Positions 35,801-46,955 of a DNA stretch of 64,000 nt are shown piece by piece (positions within the stretch are counted from its first letter, which is position 1; every line of letters starts with the position of its first letter). Location of the stretch: the NCBI GenBank assembly GCA_001724265.1, contig MEDY01000001.1, positions 124,001 to 188,000 on the forward strand, read 5' to 3'. The notes under the pieces are model-generated. The model saw only the letters and a list, made by a program, of their open reading frames with translations, was not told the origin of the DNA and ran no database searches. The translations under genes were made by a program, and so were the position numbers. Origin of the DNA: Rhizaria sp. SCN 62-66 (Eukaryota).

Positions 35801-37849
35801 CCCGCTGCTGCAGCTGCTGCCTAGAACTCGGGCCCGCAAGCCATGCGCCGCGGCACGATTGTGCGCGCGCTGCCGGAATCCTCGGTGACTCTGCACTGCC
35901 ACGCCATCTACGCGCACGAGATTGCCCGCGCCTACGCACCGCCAACGCTCGCATCTGCCTCTGCCAAGGCGGCCGCGCCGCAACAGCCGCGCGCGCCGTC
36001 GGCCGCGACGGGCAGCGGCGGCGCTGTGGAGCTGGGCACGCTGTCGTACGCCACCGCCGTCGTCGTCGCCATGCCGCCGGTGCCGTGCGCGCTGCGCGCA
36101 GAGACAGCCGCTGCTGCTGCTGCAGTGGGCGCCTCGGACCGTGACAGCGATGTCGGTGGCGTGTCTCTGGCTGCGGGCACTGGCGCCAACGCCGCCGTGC
36201 TGGCCGAGCTCTTCCGCCCGCTCGACGCGCTCTTCATCGAGAGCAGCTCCGCAGTCGCGAGTGCGCGTGCGAATGCAGCAGGATCGAAAGCCGCGAGCAC
36301 CGCGCTGACAGCGGCCCGTGCGGCGCTGTCGCCGCTGCGGGTGCACGTGTCGTTCCCCGCGCTGACCGAGGCGCCGGTGCCCGCGACGCTGCGGCACGCG
36401 CTCGTCACGCTCCCGCAGTGGGCCTCGTGCTCGCTCCTGCTTCCCGTCCCTACCTCCGCCTCTTCCGTGGCCTCGGCCTCTGTGTTGGCGTCCGCAGCTG
36501 CGAAGCAGTCGGCCATGAGCGGAGGGTTGCGGCACGTGTTCATGGCGTCGCCGCAGCCGCTGCTGACCGACGCGCTGACCAGCACGGGCCCGGCGCTGCT
36601 GGCGGGGCTTGTCGCGGGCTCGTCGGCGGCTCCCGGCACCGCTGCCGTGGGCGGCCACGCGGCCACCGTGTCGTCGGTCCTCGCGCTGCCCGGCGCCGCG
36701 ACGCACGCTCAGGCTGGTGCCGGCGCGGGTTCTGGTGTGGCGGCCGTGGCAGGCGCCGGCGTGGCCGCTGGCCGGCTGCCGTCCGTCGCCGTGACCGCCA
36801 GCGCGTCCCTCATCCACACGCTTATCGCACCCACAGTCATCTCGCGCGTTTTGGCCGCCGTGCCGGTCATCGTCGCCGCCATCGCGCCCCTCGCCCAGCC
36901 CCCTGCGGACGCTACGGTGTCTGTTGAGACTGTGACCGAGACTGTGGTGGCGCAAAGTGGCGAGCCGCTGCGCGTGGGACAGATCGAGCTCATGGGATGG
37001 TCGGTCGCACTGGGATTCGCGCAGGGAATCGACAACGAGGTCGACATCACCACAGACGACGACAGCGGCGCCAACAGTAGTGCCCCTACAGTCGAAGCTG
37101 ATAAGCAGAACTCGAGTAGCTCGCTGTCAGGCGCTGCAGCAACATCGTCTGCCGCTGCCTCTGTCTCTGTATCTGTCACTGCGGCGACGGCGAATAACAG
37201 CGGCGTGCGCAACGAAGACCTCGGACTGGGTCTGGGCACCGGGCTTGCGCTGTCCGACGTGCTCGACCTGGCGCCCAGCAACCCGCTGGTGCAGCTGCTG
37301 CTGCGGCTGCTGTCTCAATGGGGCGCGCTCGTCGTCGTCGCCGGCCCACACAGGGCCACGCCCGCGCTCGCCACCGCCGCCACCGCCGCGGCTGCGCGCG
37401 CCGCAGACGCCGCCACGCGGGTCGCCACGGGCGCGCTCGCCGCTGCGGCCGACGCCGCGGGCGACGCGGACGCGGAGGCAGAGGCAGAGGCCGCCGCGGC
37501 CGCTGCGGTCGTCGCTGCCGCTGCCGAGGCTGGCGCCGCTGCGGCGGGCGGCCACGGAGGCCACGGCACCACACACGCGGGCTCCGTCGTCAGCGGCGCT
37601 GCAGCTGCTGGCGCGAACGCGAGTGCGAGTGTGCGTCGCGCCGGAGGCGTCGTGTACGTTGTGCCAGCAGGCGACTCCGCGGGCGCTGTGGCGGCGCTCG
37701 TAGGGCCTCTCGTCGAGCAATTGAAGCACACCGTGCTGGCGCAGGCCGTGGGCGCGGGCGCCAGCGCGTCGGCCGAGGGTGCCGCCGCGGTGGTCGGCGC
37801 GGGGCTGCAGGCTGTGTGGGTCGGCATCGCCCGCACCTTCACATCGTGA
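17801..37849 (+). CDS. VPS13: Giant VPS13-family bridge-like lipid transfer protein, 6682 aa if four in-frame TAG codons are read as sense
   Basis: Chorein-N at the start (MFEGLLEQLLLRLVGEYVDGL...VWQGDVVL.DLKLK...LELPI.I.EG..LTIKVPW). VPS13 motifs continue in order in the same frame: ILANLQVTVSNVHVRYE (~19310), LDGFSLYWN, WSW...RRLY, GWFGGWF (~22395), WEPLL (~32210) and GNDT...VRQ...PGTVVEFAWEAP (~34650-34840). All five track ORFs share one frame. Ends in TGA before AT-rich DNA. Confidence 0.88.
18686..18688 (+). other. In-frame TAG no. 1 in VPS13 (TLS*AAMG)
   Basis: CTA AGT TAG GCC GCC ATG; the frame continues into the 18695 ORF. Confidence 0.75.
22331..22333 (+). other. In-frame TAG no. 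2 in VPS13 (AAQW*HCARL)
   Basis: CAA TGG TAG CAC TGC; lies between the conserved IE...LWRALA helix and the GWFGGWF motif. Confidence 0.88.
33761..33763 (+). other. In-frame TAG no. 3 in VPS13 (LVG*SPQY)
   Basis: GTG GGT TAG TCG CCG; 20 open codons lead in frame to the 33824 ORF, which carries VAB-like motifs. Confidence 0.8.
35822..35824 (+). other. In-frame TAG no. 4 in VPS13 (AAAA*NSGPQ)
   Basis: GCT GCC TAG AAC TCG; 6 codons lead in frame to the 35843 ORF, with no AT-rich intergenic DNA. Confidence 0.8.
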
Positions 37850-38424
37850 GTGAGCGAGTAGGATCACTAAACTTGCGTGATCGATACATCATCATGAATT
37901 CAGAATTAAGAAATACTTCAATCACGAAACATATCTATAGCGTTTATTAGTTTTAATAATACAGTAATTCTTGCTTAAGAATGGCATTTGGGCGTTGATA
38001 TCACAACATGCAGTAATTCCTTCGTCCGTCTGGGTGAATGTCCGATCAGACCTTGTTGAGTAAGGTTTAGGTTTGTTTTTTTTTCACAATTAAGAACAGA
38101 CGATATACATGTAAGGAGAGATCGTAGTGGCAACTACTGAATAGCTCTTAGAACCAAGTCACATTAATTCTTAAAACGGTGTATTGGGACGAATTACGAG
38201 TAGACGTCGGAACAGGCACAGCACACCGTGCGCCGCGACACCTGCCGCACACGCGCGTCCTTAGCAAGTGACCGTGAGGCCGCCCGGGGACGCGCGCGCG
38301 CAGCGGTGTGCGCTCAAACAGGAGTGGTTTGTAAGTAGAAAGGGTTGCCGTGCTTCACAGCGCCGCCGCCGGTGACGAAAAGCGGCTGCGTTAGGACGGC
38401 ATGCGAACGCACATAGCGTTGCAC

Positions 38425-39197
38425 TTACGCCTTGTAGCCGGAGAGGGCAATGACGATGGCGAAAAGGAGGAGGTACATGTCGAAGGCCGCGATGATGCGG
38501 ATCCAGGTGAGGTAGCCCTTGGTGCAGCGGTCGTTGCCGACGGCATAGCAGTCAGCGGGGCTGATACGGGACCAGATATCGAAGTAGCCGAAGAAAGCAG
38601 CAGAGCCGATCATGCAGATGAGGGTCAGGGCGGAGAAGACAATGAAGAACTTGAGGGAGTTCTGCTCGCCGGAAAGCACGGTGTAAGCGCCGGCAGCACC
38701 AATGAGGAAGAGGTGGATGCCGATGCGCTGGACAGTGGAGACGGGAGTGAAGACGAAGAAAACGGCGCAGAAAACGAACCAGACGGAGAAGGCAAGGAGG
38801 GGGATGCCACCGTTGTTGTTCACACCGAAGGAAGAGGAGCCGCTGCAGAGGGAAGATGGAGGATATTTGAAGAAAACGACAAATAATGGTGTGAGTATCA
38901 GAGCCAACAAGACCAGTACAGTCGTGTGATAAGAAGACACAACTAGGGCTTCACACGCTTAAGGTGGTGCGCACTCAACACAAAGATTAAGGAATATCAA
39001 GTTGCAGTTAATTCATGATTGGCCAAAGCCACATTAGGTGTGCAAAATACTGTGTAAGGATGACAAAAGTGCAACGGGGTCGTTACGTACCGAGCGGCGA
39101 GGACGGCCAGAATAAGGATGGAGACGAAGCAGATAAGGGAGATGGTGGGGAAACCATCAAGGGTGAAGTCCGCAAACGTGATCTCGAGGGGAAGCAT
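38425..39197 (-). CDS. Small multi-pass membrane protein of unknown family (paralog A, 174 aa), 2 exons: 39197-39091 and 38842-38425
   Basis: MLPLEITFADFTLDGFPTISLICF... spliced through GTACGT...CAG (39090-38843) into the 38425 ORF. Clear similarity to the 40145 gene. Strong C-ending codon bias. Stop is TAA. Confidence 0.82.
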
Positions 39198-40144
39198 CTC
39201 GACTATCAAAGGTCAACAGAGTAGGAAGAGTGAAATATGAGAGATAGGAGAGGACACAGTGAGAAGAGACTGGGGGGCGTGGAAACAGGACGTAGGAGGT
39301 GTCGGAGTTGCTTCGCAGTTGAAAGATAAAACCAGAGTAATAAGCAACGCGGGCGGAAAGGCAAGAAGAGATTCGAATAGAAGGGACACTGGGCAGTGAT
39401 GTCGGAGAATACTTGTTCTTCAAGCAATGAAGAGTAACGAAAACGAGGCGTGTTCTTTCCACCGATTCGAAACCGAGCAGGCTTCGGTCATCATGTCGTT
39501 TTCCCACGTGAATCATGGCGTGTCTTAACACGAGAGAAGAGTTGTAATTTTAAAGAAGTGTCAATCAACATGCGCAGAAGCATCCCATTTCTTCTCGTGT
39601 TCTTTACCAAGGTTCTACACTGCACAATAGGGCGCGGGGCGATCGATTCAAACGGCCACCCCTTAGAATCCAGCTAGGCCGTTACCTTGGATTTTAAATC
39701 AAGCCGCTGGTCGTTTGAACGTGTTTCTCCCCGACAGATTCTGACATAGATTCTTCGTGAAACAGAACCAGTCATGGTGCGATGTATGAAAGCGGTCTTG
39801 TTTAATCAAGTACTATTAAAACATTTAATGCTGGTTTCTGCAGTCACGTGCAATACGCATTTCCATTCGGGTCGATCCCAGCAACGAAACGTTAGACCTC
39901 TGTCACTTTCTCTTTCGGACTTTACCATCATATAATGCTTGTATAACGTCATGCCATATCTGTTTTTGCTTTATACTTCGTTTGATGTATCTATCTCATT
40001 GCTAGTTTTTGCGGAGCACTCGTTCTCACACACCTTTTTGACTCTCAAAACATTTCCTTCTGACGCCTCCTGGTTGCCTCTTACTCATCCTTCACGCCAT
40101 TTCACTATTGTTCTTTTTATCATTGTTTTAGTTCGTCGCGCCAG

Positions 40145-40744
40145 ATGAGTGACACCGGATTTGCCGATTTCGAGCTGGATGGCTTCCCTGCTATCTCCGT
40201 TATTATGATTGCGATCACCACTGTGCTTGCTGCCCTCAAGGCCAAGTCCTCTGGTCAGCTCGCGATCCCCACCACTGGCAAGGCCATGGTGATCACCTCG
40301 ATCTTCATGATCGTTATCTCCGTCTTCATGGTCTTCGCTTCCGACCAGATGCGCCAGATCGGTGTCCAGCTCTTCATCTGCGGCATTATCGGCACCTTCG
40401 GCACCATGGCCGGCAACGCCCTCGCCCTCCCCGTTTACCTCTTCTTCACTGGTTTCACCTTCCTCTGTATGATCGGCTCCCTTGCCGCCTTCTCCCACAG
40501 TAAGATTGTCTATGACGTCTCCAAGACTGACTGCGCTAACTACTTCGGCCGCCTTGCTGACCCCCCCAAGCGTTGCGACGGCTACCTTGAGTTCCTGTGG
40601 ATCATCACCTCGTTCTCTATCTACATTGTCGGCCTTGCTGTCGTCCTCGCCTTCGCTGCTTTCTCCGGTATGGCCGAGGGTGGCGCGTCCGGCAACTCCG
40701 GCAACGCTGGTAACAACAACAAGGCTGTCGAGGAGCAGGCGTAA
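40145..40744 (+). CDS. Small multi-pass membrane protein of unknown family (paralog B, 199 aa)
   Basis: MSDTGFADFELDGFPAISVIM...; hydrophobic segments and a Cys pair in the last loop. Strong codon bias. Stop is TAA. Confidence 0.88.
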   Translation: MSDTGFADFELDGFPAISVIMIAITTVLAALKAKSSGQLAIPTTGKAMVITSIFMIVISVFMVFASDQMRQIGVQLFICGIIGTFGTMAGNALALPVYLFFTGFTFLCMIGSLAAFSHSKIVYDVSKTDCANYFGRLADPPKRCDGYLEFLWIITSFSIYIVGLAVVLAFAAFSGMAEGGASGNSGNAGNNNKAVEEQA

Positions 40745-41837
40745 GTGCACTCTGAGTGCTCTGTCTGACTGAACTCTTCCTTCTTGTATGCATCCGTGCG
40801 TGCGCCGGAGGGATGACGCATCGACTTCTGTCCGCTGTGGGCGCTCTTGGGCGGTGCACGCGCGTTTAAAAATCTCGCGCACGTGTCTCTCCGTCCTTGT
40901 TGAGTGCATTTCAGCGCAAATGCTCGCATCACAGCGATGTGTCTGACATCTGTTGGGCGCAGCGCTTCTGAATGCTGTCTTCAATAAGAGATCTTCTGTG
41001 TTTGTTGTTCTGTGGCGTTTTTATTAAGGTTGCACGCAAATAAAGTTCTCTTTTACTAGTAACCTTTATCTCACACACTTGTTGCGGTCGACATTCATGT
41101 TCCAGCGCATTACACTGGGAGATCATCACCTCGGCCGTTCCCGGAGCGTTTGTGGTGAGACAGACAAAACGTCATTAAGCTGGGTATAGTAGGCCGTGTT
41201 AAAAACGTTTAAGTACCTCGCTTTAAAGGAATATTTTAGCGTAGTTCCGAAAAACTGGGCGCTCACTTTAATTGAAATATGCGTCCGATGACGTTGTTAA
41301 TGCGGTACATGTATGATAGCTCTCATATATGATGTAATTGCGGAGGAATTTCGAAGTAAAGATGGAAAGAAGGCGGTTCAGGAGGGTGCGGAAGGTGCGG
41401 ATTAAATCGTCGCAAAAAACTGTGTATAGATATGCCTAACTAGCAACACTAAGAAAGTACCAAATAAATACGGCCATATATTAACCATATTCTTAAGAAT
41501 AAACAATCAAACCGATGGATATGTAGCCCACTTCGAGGTCTCAGTGCTCTCACTCGACCATTCGCGAACCACATCCGAGACCTCAACAAAACACACGTAT
41601 GCCGTTTTACCATCACAAAATAGAACTATACAATGAACGGAATCATACATAAACACGGACTTCACCCTTAATTCATGAGGTGAACCCCCATGATTCTAGC
41701 AGTTTGTTGTCACAATGCGTCAAATGTCAGCAATCACGAGTTGTAACCGACAGCGAGGTTCGACTGGGCGCACCTCTCTGCACGCCCAGGGCCATATTTC
41801 GCGCCCCTACCACGCTCACAGCGGTCTGTAGCCACGC

Positions 41838-44800
41838 TCAGTGCGCGGCCTCGCCATGTGCGCCGCTCTGCAGCGCAACCATACCCGCGAAGACGCCGTC
41901 GGGCTTGGCGCGGAGTTCCTCTGGCGGACCCATCTCGACCACTTTGCCGGCGTCAAGCACGAGGATGACGTCGCAGTCGGCGATCGTATCGAGCCGGTGC
42001 GCAATGGTGACCACGGTACGCTCCTTGAACGCCGTCCGCAGCACGCGCTGGATCACCTGGTCCGTCTGCGGGTCGACGTTGGCCGTAGCTTCGTCGACGA
42101 AGAGCACGCGCGAAGGCTGCAGCAGCGCGCGTGCGATGCACAGCAGCTGGCCCTGGCCCGCGGAGAGGTTGCCGCCAGACTCTGACATCGGCGACGCAAG
42201 CCCCATTGGTTGGGACAAGAAGTGCTGCTTGAGCTGGACCTTTTCGAGCGCGGCCCACAGCTCCGCGTCCGCGCACACCGAGAAGGGGTCGAGGTTGTAG
42301 CGCACTGTGCCGGAGAAGATGACCGGGTTCTGCGGGATGATGGCGAGCTGCGAGCGCAGGTCCGCGAGGCCGATGCTGTTGATGTCGACGCCATCAATGC
42401 ACACGGAGCCGGCCTGGATGCCGTGCAGGCGGAACAGCACCGAGAAAAGCGACGACTTGCCGGCGCCAGTGCGGCCGCAGACGCCCACCTTCTGCCGCGG
42501 CAGCAGCGTGAAAGTGAGGCCGCGCAGCACGGGCGGCAGCACGCCCGGCTTGTACGACATGAAGACGTCGTTCACGTCCACGCGCCCCGCCTCGGGCCAC
42601 GACGCCGGCGGCGTGTACGTCAGCCGACTGCCAGCGCTACCGACCGCGGCGGCGGCGGCGTGGACGGCCTCGGCGGCGGCGACAGAGGCCGCCACCTCGG
42701 TGTGCTTGCTCATATTCGAGTTGCCGGCGTCGTCATCGTGGTGCGCAATGGCGGCGCGCGGCAGCGGTGCGGTGCCGCGGCGCACGCCCTCACTGGGCAG
42801 GCGCGCGTACTCGAGCACGCGCTCCGCAGATGTCATCTGTAGAGTGAGAGTAAGAGTCAACGCATTAAGTGGAAGAAATACACAATATTTAGAAGTAATA
42901 TACACATTTTAAGAAAAGAATGCAGAATTGACGCATGGCATCTCAGTGTGAGATTTAAAGGTGAACATTAGTCAAGTAAAATGTCGTGTTTTAGTTTTCG
43001 TACCTGATTCTCGACCTCGGTGCTCTGGCGCGTCATCCACTGGAACTGCGAGGCGACCGTGGTGACGTACGACAGCGCGAGACCGACCGCCGTGGGCGAC
43101 ATGCCGATGCCGCCGCCAGAGCCGCGGATGCCGACGCAAAAGAGCGCGGTGCCGAGCGTGAGAACGACGGACATGAGGTCGAGCCGGTAGCCAAGCCAGC
43201 GCGAAGTGTAGAAGAAGCCGTTGAGGACCTTGGAGTTGGCGTCGACGAGCGAGTGGAACGCCTGCTGGAAGGGCCGCTGCATGGCGTAGGCGCGGAGCAC
43301 GGTGAGCCCCCCGCCGGAGATGGAGCTGGAGAAGAGCGCGAGCACGGGGGACCGCGAGGTGCCTTCGAGGCGCTTGATCTCGCGCGAGGACACGATGTAC
43401 ACGGCACGCATCCAGAAGTAGACCGGGATGATGAGCGCGATGAGGATCAGGATGTACGGCGCGATGATGCCGACGACGATGATGGTGCTGAGCAGCGACA
43501 GCAAGAGCTGCGCGAAGTCGAACAACGTACTTGGCAGCAACTCATCCAGCGTCGCCTGGTCCTTGGAGAAACGGTTCAACACGCGGCCCAGCGGGTTCTC
43601 GTGGAAAAAGCTCATCGGCGAGTAGAGAATGCCAGCGAACATCTTGGCGTGCGCGGCCGCGGCGGAGCGCAGCACGGCGTTGGTGAACCAGATCGAGCGC
43701 ACAAAGCCGAACGCGACGGCGACGACCGAGAGCACGATGAAGAGCGTGCGGTAGCTCGAGCCCGGCTGCGCGGCGGCGGGCTGCGCGGTCCAGTCGGAGA
43801 GGAAAAAGTCGCCCGCGACCTTGGCGGCGGGCGCGATGAGCATCGCCAGCACGACGCAGATGCCCGAGAAGACGTTGACGCAGCGCGACGAGCCCTGTTT
43901 CTTGACCGATACTCTGCCGCGGCCCGCGGCGTTGGCGTTACTGGCGTTGTCGCCCGAAAGGCCGAAGAAGTAGTCCGTGAAGACGGTGGAGCTGATGCTG
44001 CCCTCGGAGGACTTCTCCAGCGCAAAGCCCGACATCGCCTTCTTGTCCTTGTCCTTATCACCCTCAGCGGCGGCGCCTGCGGCGCTAGGGTCGGTGACCG
44101 TGGTGGTGATGCTGGTGACCGTGGGCACTTCGACGACCTCGACCTCGCCCTCGTCGTCCTTGATGCCCTCGTTGCTGACGTCGGCGTATGGAATGAGGCA
44201 GTTGACGGAGCCGGCGCGGCCGTCGTCGTCGTCCTCGTCGTCCTCATCTTCGGTCACGTCCTCGACCGCAACCGCCGCGACGCCTGCAATGCCTCCGACA
44301 GCGGCGTCAGTCTTCTTCTTCTCAGCGCTCTTCGCAGACGCAGCGTCGTTCTTGGTCGGGAGGTTGCCGTGCGACTTGAGGTATGTCACTGTGTGGAACG
44401 GGTTACCGTCAAGCTGCACAGCGTCCACGTCCACAGCGCCCTCGCCCGCACCACGCAGCGCACCGCCATCAGCAGCGCCCAGATGACCGGCGCCATGACC
44501 GGTAGTATTTGCGCTGACGGCGTGGGAGCTGAGCTTGCGCGTGAGGCGGCCCTGTTGCGCGTCGCGCGCGGCGAGGGCGGCGGCCTTGAGTTCGGGGAAG
44601 CGGCCCTGGAAGGCAACACGACCCTTATGCATCACCACGATCACGTCCGCGGCCGGCAGCACGTTGGCCTGGTGCGAGACGACGACGCGCGTCTTGCCGT
44701 TGAGGAAGCCGTTGGGGCCCAGGCAGTTGGCAAAGATGTGCTGCGCGACGGCGGGGTCGACGGCGGCGAGCACGTCGTCGAGCACCACGACGTCGCTGTC

Positions 44801-46923
44801 GACGGCGTAGCACGCGCGCGCCAGTGCCACGCGCGCGCGCTGGCCGCCCGAGAGCGTGGCGCCGCGCTCGCCGATGACCGTGTCGTCGCCCTGCGGCAGC
44901 AGCGTGAGGTCGCGGGTGAGCGCGCACGCGTGGATGACGCGGTCGTAGCGCTCGGCGTCGAAGCGCGAGCCAAAGAGAATGTTGTCGCGCACAGACGCCG
45001 CGAAGATCCACGGCTTTTGCGACGCGTACGCGATCTTGCCGCTGATGAACGGCGATTCAGACAGGCCTCTGGCTCTGGACTGGTGCTGCGCAGTCGCCGT
45101 GGCGCCGCTGCTGCTGCTGTTGCTGCCGTTGATGTTGAAGGAGCGCGCGTCGGCGCCGACGACGGGCATCTCGCCCAGCAGCGCGTGCAGCAGCGACGAC
45201 TTGTACGCGCCGACCGTGCCCGCGATCACCGCGAGCGCGCCCGGTGTGATGGTGATGTCGACTTCGCGCAGACCGCCCACCACGGACGCCGCCGCCACCG
45301 CGCCCGCGCCAGTGCCCACATTGGAGACGGCGCGAGCGTCGTCGACGGGGAACGCGGAGAGCACGCGCGTGAGCTCGGGCGCGCCACGGACGCCGTGCGG
45401 GTGCGCCTCGGCCTGCGCCAGCGCCGCTGCAGTGGACGCGCCGTCGCCCGCACCGCCGCCGCGACCGGTGGTCAGACCGACAGAGCGACCGCCGGTCAGA
45501 GCGCGGCCCTGGAGAGAGGGCAGGCGCACCATGTGGCCGCGCTGGAAACCAGCGACGCCACCATTGCCGCTGCTGCTGTTGTTGTTGCCGGTGACGAGCG
45601 CGGAGGACGAGGAAGACACGGAGAGCGAGTTGGAGCGCGTGAGCGTGAGCGACGGGCGACGGCGGTCGCGGCGGCTGAACTTCTTGGCGGCCGCGGGGTC
45701 CACCTCCTCGGGCCACGCGAACGACAGACCGGGGATCCGCACGCTGCCGCGCGGCAAGGCCTCAACCGTACTGACAATCCCTGAGTCAGCGCCGGCGGCC
45801 GCGACATCAGCAGCACTGCTGTTGTTGCCTGCATTGTCGCTGTTGTTGTTGTTATCGGAGTTGTTACTGGAGCCCTTCGCGGGCTTGTACACTGACGCGT
45901 GGTCGAAAGTTAAGCCGCCGTTAAGGAGGTCCTCCTCGAGCAAGAGGTAGTTGCCCATGCGGCGCGTGGCAATCATGACCTCGAAAGCCTTCTCGGCGGC
46001 CACAGGCACGGCGGTGAGCAGCGGGAAGGCAACTTGGCCGAAGAAGGACACGGTGGTGAAGACGCGGTCCGCAGTGAGCGTGTTGCCGAGCCCTTCGTAG
46101 ACCGTGAAGGTGACGACGGAGACGACGATGAAGACGCCGAAGTAGCACGCAAGATTAATCGCCTTGAGCAGCGTGTTTGTGGCGATCGAGTCGATCTCGG
46201 CGCGGCGCTCCTTGTCCACGCGCGCCTCGAGCGGCTCCTCCCAGTTGTACATCTTGATGATCTCGGTGCCCATGAGGATCTCGCCCACGGCCTTGACGCG
46301 GGCGTCGCTGTGCACCACTGTGCGCGAGCGGATGCGGCCAAAAAAGCACGAAAACGACGACTGGAGTACAAAGAAGAACATGAGGACGCCGAACCCGGCG
46401 AAGAAGGCGACGCCAACCTGGAGATAGATGAGGTAGAAGATCACCGCGGCCTCGAGCGGCGCGTTCCACAGGTAATGCAAGAACGGCCCCGCGTCGTCGA
46501 ACTTGTACGGGTCGTTGCTGACGAGGTTGACCGCCTGGCCCGTTGAAGTTTGCGCGAAGGCCGTGGCGTGCAGCGAGAGGGACTTGGCGTAGATGAGCGA
46601 CGTGGTGGCCACACGCGTCTGCATGCCGTAGCGCGAACCGGCAAAAAAGTACTGGTGGTGCATTGTGACCTGGACGAACTGGCAGAAAACCATGAGCAAC
46701 GCCCACATGAATCCCTTCCAGTGCGGGTCCGAGCCCGTGACGTCGCGCAGAAACAGCAGGAGCTCTTTGAGGAAGAGGATCATGCCGATCTTGCACGCGC
46801 TGTAGAGGAGAAGGTGCGCCGACATGGTCATGTAGCGTGGGCCAAACGCGCGCGCAACGGCCTTGAGGAAGACGGGCCGCTCGAGCTCCACGTCCTAGCT
46901 GATCGTCACAGTCTCCACGCCGG

Positions 46924-46955
<32 letters not shown>

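Noticed and set aside
17801-37849. VPS13 pseudogene, or five separate genes
   Set aside because: There are no frameshifts or TAA/TGA over 20 kb, the motif order is collinear, and there are no AT-rich spacers between the ORFs.
16922-38278. Shared 13-mer AAGTGACCGTGAG in two non-coding regions (about 16922 and 38266)
   Set aside because: Only two copies in different contexts (upstream region and downstream of a gene), and similar words occur in coding DNA, so it is probably chance.
43253-45784. Long antisense or alternate-frame ORFs (e.g. 43253-45784 +, 564-2111 +, 49247-51262 +, 31129-32601 -)
   Set aside because: These are shadow ORFs of GC-rich genes on the other strand, with Arg/Gly- or Ala-rich translations and no motifs.
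18686-46897. Ciliate-type code (UAA and UAG = Gln), pyrrolysine, or signal-driven readthrough
   Set aside because: TAA ends eight genes at expected C-termini. Pyrrolysine is not known in eukaryotic nuclei. The sequence 3' of the five TAGs shares no motif.
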